From NCBI GenBank assembly GCA_052327205.1, contig JBMRGM010000037.1, forward strand, positions 54,126,001-54,190,000: a DNA stretch of 64,000 bases, read 5' to 3'. The first letter of the stretch is position 1. Each line of letters starts with the position of its first letter. Under the pieces are notes generated by a model. It was given only the letters and a program-made list of their open reading frames with translations, was not told the DNA's origin and ran no database searches. Source of the stretch: Somniosus microcephalus. Its lineage: Eukaryota. The position numbers and the translations under genes are program-made. This document shows, piece by piece, positions 36,905 through 48,783 of this stretch.

Positions 36905-37970
36905 CTAAGGAGTAAACGGGCCTTTATCCGAGTGGCAGGCAGTGACTAGTCGGGTACCGCAGTGATCGGTCCTTGGACCGCAGCTATTCACAATATATAT
37001 TAATTTTCTAGACAAGGGAACTAGATGTAATATCTCCAAATTTGCAGACGACACAAAGCTGCGTGGGCGTGTGTGCTGTGAGGATGATGCCGAGAAACTC
37101 CAGGATCATTTGGACAGGTTGGGTGATTGGGCAGACGCATGGCAGGTGCAATATAACGTGGATAAAGGTGAGGTTATCCACTTTAGTGGCAAAAACAGGA
37201 AGGCAGATTATTATCTGAATTGCAATAGATTGGCAGAAGGGGAAGTGCAAAGGGACCTGGGTGTCCTTGTGTACCAGTCACTGAAGGTAAGCATGCAGGT
37301 GCAGCAGGCGGTTAAGAAGGCAAATGGTATGTTGGCCTTCGTAGCAAGAGTGTTTGAGTACAGGAACAAGGATGTCTTGCTGCAGTTGTACAGGGCCTTG
37401 GTGAGACCACATCTTGAGTACTGTGTGCAGTTTTGGTCGCTTTATCTGAGGAAGGATGTTCTTGCCATGGAGGGAGTTCAGCGTAGATTCACCAGGCTGA
37501 TAGCTGGGATGGCAGGAATGACGTATGAGGAGAGAATGGGTCGATTGGGCGTTTATTCGCGTGAGTTTAGAAGAATGAGAGGGGATCTCATTGAAACGTA
37601 TAAAATTCTAACAGGACTAGGCAGACTAGATGCAGGAAGGATGTTCCCAATGGCAGGGAAATCCAGAACCAGGGGTCACAGTCTAAGGATAAGGGGTAAG
37701 CCATTTAGGACGGAGATGAGGAGGAATTTCTTCACCCAGAGACTGGTGAACCTGTGGAATAATCTACTACACAGGCAGTTGAGGCCATTTCATTAAATAT
37801 ATTCAAAAATGAGGTAGATATATTTCTTAAGGCTAAAGGGATCAAGGGATATGGGGAGAAGGCAGGGACAGGTTACTGAATTTGGATAATCATCTGATTA
37901 AATGGCGGAACAGGCTCAAAGGGCCGAATGGCCTACTGCTGCCCCTATCTCCTATGTTTCTATTTTTCTA
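36905..37970 (+). mobile_element. 5'-truncated CR1 LINE
   Basis: 241-aa RT C-terminal ORF 37071-37796. Confidence 0.9.
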
Positions 37971-40255
37971 AGCCCTGTCAGAATTGTGTTAGTTTCGATG
38001 AGATCATCTCTCATTCTTCTAAACTCCAGAAAATATAGGCCCAATCTGCTCAATCCCTCCTCATAGGACACCCCTCTCATCCCGTTAATCAATCTAGTGA
38101 ACCTTGGTTGCACCCCGCTAAGGCAAGTTTATCCTTTTGCTAAGGAGACCAACAGAGTAAACAATTCTCTCAGTGTGGTGTCACCAAATCCCTATATATT
38201 TGCAGGGAGACTTCCGTGCTCTTATACTCCAACCCCCTTCCAATAAAGGCCGTTTGCCTTCCTAATTGCTGTTAACTTTCTGTGATTCATGTACAAGGAC
38301 AGCCAAATCCCTCTTCTAAGAACAATAATGAGAATCACGCTGCTATCTAAAGTATTGATTCTGTAGACCGAGCACTGCCGGTTGAACCTCAAATGTTTTT
38401 AAATTGTACTGGAATTCTCGAGATTGACAACCTGCTGTCATTTCCCCTTGGTTTTATGAAGCTGGAGTCTTACCGCGTTCCTGGCGCTAAGATTTGCTCT
38501 CCTCTTTAGAGATTAATGATATTTTGTACATTATCAACCTGTGTTATTTCTGGCGAAGCTATAAATGAGTGCTAAAGTGTAGGTGTTCTCTTATGATTCT
38601 ATTGAAGTTGCCTGAACGCTCTTAGGATGTCAACATTATGAATTGTGAACCTTTGCATTCACATTCTAGGATCGAGCAGTCTAGGTTGAAGCTGTTACAC
38701 GGAATTTGAAACGTTGGGTGAGTATACATTTTCAGGAATTGCTTCCAATGTACGCATGCTAGATCCAATGCCAGTAAAGTGGAGTGGAGAAGTCTCTCTC
38801 TGCTGTCAAGTTCTGGTCGTCGATGGCATTAAATAATAAATACGGTCTCTGAAAATAGGTAATAATTATCAAACGATGAAGGCGGCTCCATTAAGCATGA
38901 TGCTGATGCAAATTAATCAGATTCCATTGTATTCCCCTCGCCGCCACCAGAGGGCGCACGCCCCAATCACTTTCTGATATTGAAATAGATTTTTCCTCTA
39001 TCGGAAAGGAGATGTATTTGCATTTATGGTCACTAGGGTTAACTATGCCTTCTCCTGCAGGGATATATAAGAAAAAATAAAGAATTTATTCTTTCTCTTT
39101 TTTTTATCATTCATTCAACCGTGTTCAACCTTGTGTCATTTCTATAATTCCCTTAACAATTACTTTGTTCGTTCATGGGATGTGGGCATCGCTGCTAATG
39201 CCAGCATTTGTTGCCCATCACTAGTTGACCTTGAGAAGGTGGTGGTGAAGGTGCTCCCACAGTGCGGTTTGGGGGGGAGTTCCAGGATTTTGACCCAGCG
39301 ACAATGAAGGATCGGCAATATACTTCTAAGTGAGGATGGCGTATGACTTGGAGGGGAACTTGGAGGTGGTGGTTTTCCCATGTGCCTTCTGCCCTTGTGG
39401 TTCTAGGTGGGAGGTGGTGCCTGAAAGAATTGGCGAGTTTCTGCAGTGTATCTTGGAGATGGTACACACTGCAGCCACGGTGCGCCAGTGGTGAGGGAGG
39501 GAATGCTTAACGTGGTGGATGTGGTGCAAATCAAGCAGGCTGCTTTTTCCTGGATGGGATCCTGCTACTTGAGTGTTGTTTGAACTGCACTCATCCAGGT
39601 AAGTGAAGAGTATTCCATCACACTCGTCAATTGTGCCTTGTAGGTCCACTACTTCAGAACGTCCCAAATCTTCACAGAAATGAAATATTTTTTGAAGTGT
39701 AGTAAATATTGCAATGTCGGTTTGCGCACAGCAAGCTCCCACCAACAGCAATGTGACAATGACCAAATAATCTGATTTTCTGAAGTTGGTTGAGGGGTAA
39801 ATATTGGCCCGTACACTGGGGAGAGCACCCCTGCTCTTCTTCGAAATAGTGGCTGTGGTATATTTTACGTCTACATGAGAGTGCAGACGTAAGGTTGGTT
39901 TTATGTCCCATCCAAAAGACAGCTCCTTCGACAGACCCTCGGCACTGCCTGTCCGACAATGCTGCGCTCCTTCAGTACTGCCCCTCCAACAGTGCAGCAT
40001 ACCCTCAGTGCTGAATCTCCGACATTGCAGCACTCAGTCAGTACTTCCTACTCCGACAGCGTAGCGCTTCCTCAGGACTGACATCTGACAGTGCTGCATC
40101 CCTCAGTACCACCCCTCTGAAAGTGCAGCACTCCCTCAGTGATGCCCCTCCAACAGTACAGCTCCTACTCAGTACTGTTCCTCCGACAGTGCAGCACGCC
40201 CTCAGTACTGCCCCTCCGACAGGGCAGCGCTCACTCAATACTGCCCCTCCGACAG

Positions 40256-43200
40256 ATATACTAAGAAACACCAAGGGGCGGAGAACGTTAGTGGGAGTTG
40301 CATACAGTCCGCCAAATAGTAATGCTGAGGTTGGGGATGGCATCAAAAGTAAAATTAGAGACGCATACAATAAGGGCACAGCAGTTATCATGGGTGACTT
40401 TAATCTATATATAGATAGAGCTAACCAAATTAGTAACAATACTGTGGAGGAGGAATTCCTAGAGAAATAAGGAATGGGTTACTGGACCAATATGTCGAGG
40501 AACCAACTAGAGATCAGGCCAACTTAGACTGGGTATTATGTAGTGAGAAAGAATTAATTAGCAATCTTGTTGTGCGTGGCCCCTTGAGGAGGAGCGATCA
40601 TAATATGATAGAATTCTTCATTAAAATGGAGAGTGAAGTAGTTGACTCAGAGACTAGGGTCCTGAATTTAAATAAAGGAAACTACGATGGTATGAAGCGC
40701 GATTGGCTAGGATGGATTTGAGAATGTTACTTAAAGAGTTGACGGTGGATAGGCAATGGCAAACATTTAAAGATCGCATGGATATACTACAGAATGAGTT
40801 CATCTCTCTTTGGCATAATAATAAAATATTAGAAGTGAATCAACCGTGGCTAACAAGGAAAATTAGAGATAGCATAAGATCGAAGGAGAGGAAACATAAT
40901 TTGGCCAGAAAAGCAGCAAACAGAAACATAGAAACATAGAAGATAGGAGCAGGAGTAGGCCATTCGGCCCCTCGAGCCTGCTCTGCCATTCAATGCGATC
41001 ATGGCTGATCATCCAAATTCATGATCCGTCCCTGCTTTCTCCGCACACCCCTGGATCCCTTCAGCCTTAAGAAATATATCCAACTCCTTCTTGAATATAT
41101 TTAAAGAACTGGCCTCCACCGCCTTCTGTGGTAGAGAGTTCCACAGGCTCACCACTCTCTGGGTGAAGAAATTCCACCTCATTTCTGTCCTAAATGTTCT
41201 GGACTCCCCGAAAATCGGGAACATCCTTCCTGCAACTAGTCTGTCCAGTCCTGTCAGAATTTAATAAGTTTCAATGAGATGACCTCTCATTCTTCTAAAG
41301 TCTAGCGAGTACAAGTGCAATCAACCTAATCTCTCCTCATTCGTCATTCCTGCCATCCCAGGTATCAGCCTGGTGAATCTTCGCTGAACTCCTTCCATGA
41401 CAAGAACATCCTACCTCAGATAAGGCGACCAAAACTGAACACAATACTCAAGCTGTGATCTCACCAAGGCCCTGTACAACTGCAGCAAGGCATCCTTGTT
41501 CCTGTACTCATATCCTCTCGCTACGAAGGCAACATACTATTTGCCTGCTTAACCGCCTGCTGCACCTGCATGCTTACGTTTAGCGACTGGTGCACAAGGA
41601 CACCCAGGTCTCGTTGCACTTCCCCTCCCCCCAATCTATTGCAATTTAGATAATAATCTGCCTACCTGTTTTTGCCACCAAAGTGGATAACCTCACATTT
41701 ATCCACGTTTTATTGCATCTGCCATGTTTCTGCCCAATCACCCAACATGTCCAAATCATCCTGAAGTTCCTCGACATCTTCCTCACAGCACACACGCCCA
41801 CCCAGCTTTGTGTCGTCTGCAATTTGGAGATATTACATCTAGTTCCCTTTTCCAGATCATTTATATATATTGTGAATAGCTGGAGTCCAAGGACCGATCC
41901 CTGCGCTACCCCACAAGTCACTGCCTGCCATTCGGATAAAGACCCGTTTAATCGAACGTTTTGCCTTCAGTCTGCCAACCAGTTCTCTATCCAAGTCAAT
42001 ACCTTGCCCCCAATCCCATGTGCCATAACTTTACATAATCTTACGATTGGGAGGAGTTTAGGATTCAGCAAAGGAGGACAAAGGGATTAATTAAGAGGGG
42101 GAAAATAGAGTATGAGAGTAAGCTTGCACGGAATATAACAACTGACTGTAAAAGCTTCTATAGATTTGTGAAGAGAAAAAAGATTGGTGAAGTCAAGCAT
42201 AGGTCCCTTGCTGTCATAATCAGGGGAATTTATACTGGGGAACAAAGAAAAGATGTATACATTGGTTCTGTCTTCACAAAGGAGGACAACAATAACCTCC
42301 CAGAGATGTTGGTGTATATAGGGTCTAATGAGAGGGAGGAATTGAATGAAATCAGTATTTGTAGTGAAATGGTGTTAGGGAAATTGACGGGATTGAAGGC
42401 CGATAACTCCCCAGGGTCTGATAATCTACATCCTAGGGTACTTAAGGAAGGGGCCCTAGAAATCGTAGATGCATTGCTTGTCATCTTCCAAAATTATATA
42501 GACTGTGGAACAGTTCCCATGGATTGGAGGATAGCTAATGCAACACCACTATTTAAAAAAGTTGGTAGAGAGAAAACGGGGAATTATAGTCTGGTAAGTC
42601 TGACATCGGTAGTGGGGAAAATGCTAGAGTCCACTAAAAAAGATGTAATAGCAGAGCAATTGGAAAACAGTGACATGATTGGACAAAGTCAACATGGATT
42701 TACAAACCGTAAATCATGCTTGACATCTACTGGAAACTTCTGAGGATGTAACTGGTATAACAGATACGGGAGAACCAGTGGATTTGGTGTATTTGGACTA
42801 TCAGAAGGCTTTTGATAAGGTCCTGCATAAGAGATTAGCGTGCAAAGTTAAAGCACACGGGACTGGGGGTAAGGTGCTGTCTGGATAGTGAACTGCTTGG
42901 CAGACAGGAAGCAAAGAGTTGGAATAAATGGGTCTTTTTCCAAGTGGCAGGCAGTGACGAGCGGGGTACCGCAGGGATCGGTGCTAGGACCACAGCTATT
43001 CACAATATATATAAATGATCTAGACGAGGGAACTAGGTGTAATATCTCCAAGTTTGCAGACGAGACAAAGCTGGGTGGGCGAGTGTGCTGTGTGGAGGAT
43101 GTAGAGAAACTCCAGTATGATTTGCACAGGATGGGTGATTGGGCAGATGCATGGCAAATGCAGTATAATTTGGATAAGTGCGAGGTTATCCACTTCGCTG

Positions 43201-43977
43201 GCAAAAACAGGAAGGCAGATTATTATCTGAATGGCAATAGATTGGTAAAAGGGGAAGTGCATTGAAACCTGGGTGTCCTTGTGCAGCAGTCGCTGAATGT
43301 AAGCATGCAGGTGCAGCAGGCGGTTAAGAAGGCAAATGGTATGTTGACCTACATAGCGATAGGATTCGAGTACAGAAGCAAGGATGTCTTGCTGCAGTTG
43401 TACGGGGCCTTGGTGAGACCACACCTTGAGTGTTGTGTGCACTTTTGGTCACCTTATCTGAGGAAGGAAGTTCTTTCCATGGAGAGAGTGCTGCGAAGAT
43501 TCACCAGGCTGATGCCTGCGATGGCAGGAATGACGTATGAGGAGAGATTGGGTCGTTTAGCCTTATATTCGCTAGAGTTTAGAAGAATGAGAGGGGATCT
43601 CATTGAAACTTATACAATTCTATCAGGGCTAGACAGACTAGATGCAGGAAGGATGTTCCCGATGGCGAGGGAGTCCACAACCAGGGGTCACAGTCTAAGG
43701 CTAATGGGTAAGCCATTTAGGACTGAGATGAGGAGGAATTTCTTCACCCAGAGAGTGGTGTACCTGCAGAATTCTCTACCACACAAGGTAGTTGAGGCCA
43801 GTTCTTTAAGTATTTTCAAGAAGGAGTTCGATATATTTCTTTAGGCTAAAGGGATCAAGGGATATGGGAAGAAAGTAGGGACAGGGTACTGCATTTGCAT
43901 GATCAGCCATAATCTCATTAAATGGTGGAACAGGCTCGAAGGGCCGAATGGTCTACTCCTTCTCCTATCTTCTATGA
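40256..43977 (+). mobile_element. Degraded CR1 LINE (endonuclease remnant to 3' UTR), itself interrupted by an inverted CR1
   Basis: EN motif 'GVAYSPPNS..IMGDFN' at ~40290-40410; RT fragments 42168-43844; 3' tail at ~43970. Confidence 0.9.
40922..42040 (-). mobile_element. Inverted CR1 3' fragment nested in the outer CR1
   Basis: Tail agaaacatagaaacatag at 40922; minus-strand RT remnants at 41009-41224 and 41646-41921. Confidence 0.88.
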
Positions 43978-44338
43978 AAGCGCAGTGCTCCCTCAGCACT
44001 GCCCCACCGACTGTGCATTGCTCTGTCTGTACTGCTCCTCCGACAGTGAAGCGCTCCCTCAGTTCTGCAATGGGAGTGTCAGCCTCGGCATTATGCTCAG
44101 CTCTCTGTCGTGTGACTTGAACCCACAAACCTCTTATTCAAAGGCATGGGTTACACCCACAGAGCCACGGCTGATATATAAGAACACAACAGAGGTAGTG
44201 GTCAGTCACACAGGGTACCTTGATATCCTCACGTGAACATATTGTGAATACTGGATCGTCTTTCGAGATAACCATCATGCTATAGAATAACTAGACAACC
44301 AAGACACGGAAGCAAGCGCTCTTTGGCAAGAAGCAAGA

Positions 44339-45178
44339 ATGCATCCTTACTTATATATTATTATCTTACTATTGCCATGTAAGTCATATTGTCCTACAAC
44401 ACCATTTATTTAGCTTATTTTTGCAGAAAAAAATATGTTTTACTAAATGTTTGGAATTGAACTGGGTAACTTCCGATTCTGGTGAACTCGAGTATATTTA
44501 TCGCACTAGACTGAAAAATGACGGAGGAACTGTTTCGTCATAATTGTCCAGTGTGGGGCACTTGTTGGACCAATTGGTCTTGCTCTGCCCTTACGTATGT
44601 TGGCAAACTTCAAACAAGGTAACGTCAAGCAAGCCTGCTTTTAAAATCCTGAGTAGGAGTAGATTTTTGATTCTTTAATACGTCTAAAATTTCGAATTTA
44701 AATTTTCTGTGATGAGTTTAGTTTGTATCTACCGCGCGAATACAGCAACTTGAATGTATTTCGAGCCTGACAGTGGAGCTAGCATTCGCAGGAACTTGTT
44801 GTGCCATTTGCACCCTGAGCCTCATGGTTATTTGCACAGCTTTCCGATTTCGATTTTTTCCGTTCGCAGACGGGTTTTCTCAGGAGCAACACCGCATCTC
44901 CCAGTCCCCAACTCAACGGTCTGTGGAGCCGGGAGTCACCGTGAACCTAAATTGCCGGCAGAGTCAGTCGCTGGAGAACAAGTACTGTATCGACAGAAGG
45001 GAGCTGAGGGATTTCGACTGCTTTTGCGCTCGTATATCTATAGCAATGACATAGAGAAAGAAAAAGCCATCGCTGATCGGTACGAAGCGACGAGGAAGGA
45101 CATGAATAATATTGTCCTGCACATAACCGGCGTTGACAAAGAAGATGAGGGGATCTATTACTGCGCGGCTAGCAGCGT
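44339..45178 (+). pseudogene. TRBV: TCR beta V gene V6, frameshifted (leader exon 44339-44378, V exon 44870-45178)
   Basis: Leader MHPYLYIIILLLP|gtaagt. Frame 1 'ISQSP..VNLNCRQSQSLENKY', then 'tac tg tat' (Trp codon missing one G at 44986-44987), frame 2 'YRQKGAEGFRLL..EDEGIYYCAASS'. RSS: CACAGAG 45179-45185, 23 bp, CCAAAAACC 45209-45217. Confidence 0.88.
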
Positions 45179-45289
45179 CACAGAGGTAAAACCGAGTGAT
45201 CTTGCAGTCCAAAAACCTACCGAGCCTCCCATTCACAAATCCGCCTTTAACGTGCGTAGTCAAAACTTCCCAAGGTGTGCAAATCTGCC

Positions 45290-46070
45290 AAGATTTAATG
45301 CATTTGTGGAGGGCTAAGAAGGAAAGGGAATACACATTAAATGGTAGGACACTGAGTAGTGTAGAGGAACAAAGGGACCTTGTAGTGCATGTCCACAGAT
45401 CCTTGAAGGTAGCAGACCAGGTAGATAAGGTGGTTAAGAAGGCATATGGGATACTTGCCTTTATTAGCCGAGGCATAGAATATAAGAGCAGGGAGGTTAT
45501 GCTTCAACAGTATAAAACACTAGTTATGCCACAGCTAGAGTGCACTTCTGGTCAGCAAATTAAAGGAAAGATGTGGTTGCACTAGAGAGGGTACAGAGGA
45601 GATTTACCAGGATGTTGCCTGGGCTGGAGAATTTTAGCTTCGAGGAAAGATTGGATAGGCTGGGATTGTGTTCTTTGGAACAGAGGAGGCTGAGGGGAGA
45701 CGTTATTGAGGAGTATAAAATTATGACGGGCCTAGCTAGAGTGGATAGGATGGACGTATTTCCCTTAGCAGAGGTGTCAAAAACCCGTGGGCATAGAGTT
45801 AAAGTAATTGGTTGGAGGTTTAGTGGAAATTTGAGGGCAAATATCTTCACCAGAGGGTGGTGGGTGTTTGGAACTCCCTGCCCGAAAGGATGGTAGAGGT
45901 CGATACCCTCATCACATTTAAAAAGTGCTTGGATGTGCACTTGAAGTGCCATAACCTACAAGGCTATGGACCAAGACCTGGAATGTGGGATTAGGCTGGA
46001 CAGCTCTTTGTCGGCTGGCACGGTATTAATGGGCAGAAATGGCCTCCTTCCATACTACGAATTTCAATGA
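45290..46070 (+). mobile_element. CR1 3' fragment
   Basis: 'REYTLNGRTL..QVDKVVKKAYGILAFISRGIEYKSRE', 'RRLRGD'. Confidence 0.88.
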
Positions 46071-46469
46071 TTTGACACCGAGCCACATAAGGATATATTA
46101 GGGCAGATGACCAAATGCTTGGTAGGATTTGAGGAGCATCTTAAAGGAGGAGAGAGAGGTAGAGGGGTTTAGGATGGAAATTCTAGAACTGAGGGCCTAA
46201 GGCAGCAGAAGGCACGGAATGAAGAACTTGTCAGTATTACTGAAGTGCTAGCGCCACCTAACGTCCAATTTCCAGCAATGCATCTAACTTACTTTGCTTT
46301 ACCGAGTCATCGTTAAAGGTGAAGTTTTAAAATAAAAGAAAGAAACCGCGCCCCTATTGTAACTCCCGGGATTATTCTGCCAATATCGCTGAACAGATCG
46401 ATATTCACAAATTGGACAGATTCAACCATGTGGAGAAATTTGCCCGATGGATCATTACAGTCAGCTGTG

Positions 46470-48783
46470 GTTCATTTGGCAGTCCTCTCGCCTCTGAGTC
46501 AGATGCTCCCAGGTCCAGGTCCAACTCCACATACTTGAGCATAAAAGTAAAACTGAGGGAGTTTTGCTCTGTGGCCGGGGCAGTACAGAGAGAGCTCTGC
46601 TCTGTCGGAGGGGCAGTACTGAGTGAGCGCTGCATTGTCGGAGGGGCTGTACTGAGGGAGCTCTACACAGTCGGAGAGACAGTACTGAGGGAGTGCTGCA
46701 CTGTCGGAGGGGCAGTACTGTGGGAGCGCTGCACTGTCGGAGGGGCAGTACTGAGGGAGCGCTGCACTGTTGGGGGGGCAACTCTCAGGGAGTGCTGCAC
46801 TGTCGGAGGGGTAGAACTGATGGAGCTGTCAGAGAGGCCATTAGATAGGGAGTGTTGCGCTGTTCGACAGCCAGTACTGAGGGTGATTGCACTTTCGGAG
46901 GGACAGTACAGAAGGAGAGCTGCACTGTCGGAGGTGGCAGTACTGAGGGAGTGTTACACCATTGGAGGGGCAGCACTGAGGGAGCGTTGCATTGCCGGAG
47001 GGGCAGTACTGAGGGAGCGCCGCACTGTCAGACTGCCAGTACTGTGGGAGCATTGCACTGTCGCAGGGGGCAGTACTAAGGGAGCGTTGCACAGTCGGAG
47101 GGGGCAGTACTGAAGGAGTGCTGCACTATCGGAGGGTCAGTACTGAGGGAGTGCTGCACTGTCACAGGGGGCGGTACTGCGGGTGTGCTGCAATGTCAGA
47201 GGGGCAGTACTGAGGGAGCGTTCCAATGTCGCAGGGGGAAGTACAGAGATAGTGCTGCACTCTCAGAATGGCAGTAATGAGGTAGCCCTGCGCTGTCGGA
47301 AGAGTAGTACTGAAGGAGTGATACATTGCCGCAAGGGGGCAGTACAGATAGAGTTCTGCACTGTCGGATGGGCAGTACTGAGGGAGCGCTGTTCTGTGGG
47401 AGGGACAGCACTGAGGTAGCGCTGTGCTGTCGGATTGGCTGTACTGAGTAAGTGCTGCACTGTCGGAAGGACAGTAATGAGGGAATGCTGCAGTCTTGCA
47501 TTGGCTGCACTGAGGGAGTGTTGCACTGTCCGAAATACAGTAATGAGCGAATGCTGCACTGTCAGAAAATCAGTACTAAGGGAGCACTGCACTGTTGCTG
47601 AAGCAGTACTGAGGGAGCGCTGAACTGTCGGATGGTCAGTACTGAGGGATTGTAGCACAGTCGGAGGGGCAGTACTGAGTAAGCGCTGCACTGTTGGATG
47701 GACAGTAATGAGGGAATGCTGCACTGTTGGAGAAGCAGTACTGAGGGAGCGCTGCACTGTCGGAGGTTCAATACTGAGGGAGTGTAGCACGGTCGGAGGG
47801 TCAGTACTGAGGTAGCGCTGCACTGTCAGAGGGACCGTAATGTGGGAATGCTGTACTGTCGCAGGAGCAGTACTGAGGGAGCCCTGCACTGTCGGAGGGT
47901 CAGTACTGAAACATAGAACATAGAAGATAGGAGCAGGAGTAGGCCATTTGGTTCTTTGAGCCTGCTCCTCCATTCAATTAGATCATGGCTGATCATTCAA
48001 ATTCAGTACCCTGTCCCTGCCTTCTCCTCATATCCCTTGATCCCTTTAGACTTAAGAAATATATCCAACTCTCTCTTGAATATATTTAATGAACTGGCCT
48101 CCACCAGCAGTACTGTGGGAGTGTTGCTCTGTCAGAAGGGCAGTCCTGATAAAGCGCTGCACTGTCGGAAGGGGCAGTCCTGAGGGAGTGTTGCACTGTC
48201 CTGGGGCGCAGCATGGATGGAGCGTTTTGCTGTTAGATGGTCAGTACTGAGGGAGTGCTGCATTGTCGCAGGGGGCAGTAGAGAGGGAGCGCTGCACATT
48301 CAGATCGTCTGTGCTGAGGGAGTGTTGCACTGTCGTGGGAGCAGTACTGAGGTAGCGTTGCAATGTCGCAGGGGGTGGTACTGATATAGTGCTGTAATCT
48401 CGGAAGGACAGTACTGAGAGAGTGTTGCACTGTCGCAGGGGGCAGTAATGAGGGAGAGCTGCACTGTCAGAGGGCCATTACTGAGGGAGCGCTGCACTGT
48501 AGCAGCAGCAGTACTGTGAAAACGTTGCACAGTCGGAGGGCCAGTACTGAGGGCGAGCTGCACTGTCGGAGGGATAGTTCGGAGGGAGCGCTGCACTATC
48601 GGAGGGTCAGTACTGACGGGGTATTGCACTTTCGGAGTGGCAATTGTGTGGGAGCGCTGCACTGTCGGTTGAGCATCACTGAGGGAGTGCAGCATGGTCG
48701 TAAGGGCAGTTCTGTGGGAGCGCTGCACTGTCAGAGGGCCAGTACTGAGGCAGCACTGCCGTGTTAGAGGGGCAGTACTGAGG
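46470..48783 (+). repeat. ~33-bp minisatellite (cactgtcggaggggcagtactgagggagcgctg) expanded from a DeuSINE head, interrupted by a short inverted CR1 tail (~47910-48105)
   Basis: Roughly 60 degenerate units follow a SINE head 'gcctctgagtcaga....tccaactcca..acttgagca'. Confidence 0.9.

Larger units (their letters stand above)
39640..44175 (-). mobile_element. DeuSINE with an internal 33-bp tandem expansion, split by a nested CR1
   Basis: SINE 3' part and repeats at 39640-40255. Repeats resume at ~43978 and end in a tRNA-like head at ~44110-44175. Confidence 0.75.

Noticed and set aside
34570-39150. Additional degenerate V exon in the long V-free interval
   Set aside because: No WYxQ/YYC motifs or heptamer-23-nonamer found by eye; mostly CR1 fragments.
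4322-45178. IgH, IgNAR, NAR-TCR or TCR delta identity for the V genes
   Set aside because: No octamer promoters or cluster organisation. The CRE-type promoters, 12-spacer J RSSs and the TRBD1-like D fit TRB. The constant region is not in the window to confirm this.
46346-46362. Second reverse CTCF-like motif
   Set aside because: Only the GGGGCGC half matches; too weak to call by eye.
46412-48767. Long Cys/Gly-rich ORFs (233 aa, 236 aa and others) on both strands
   Set aside because: Read-through of a 33-bp (11-codon) minisatellite; no protein-like features.
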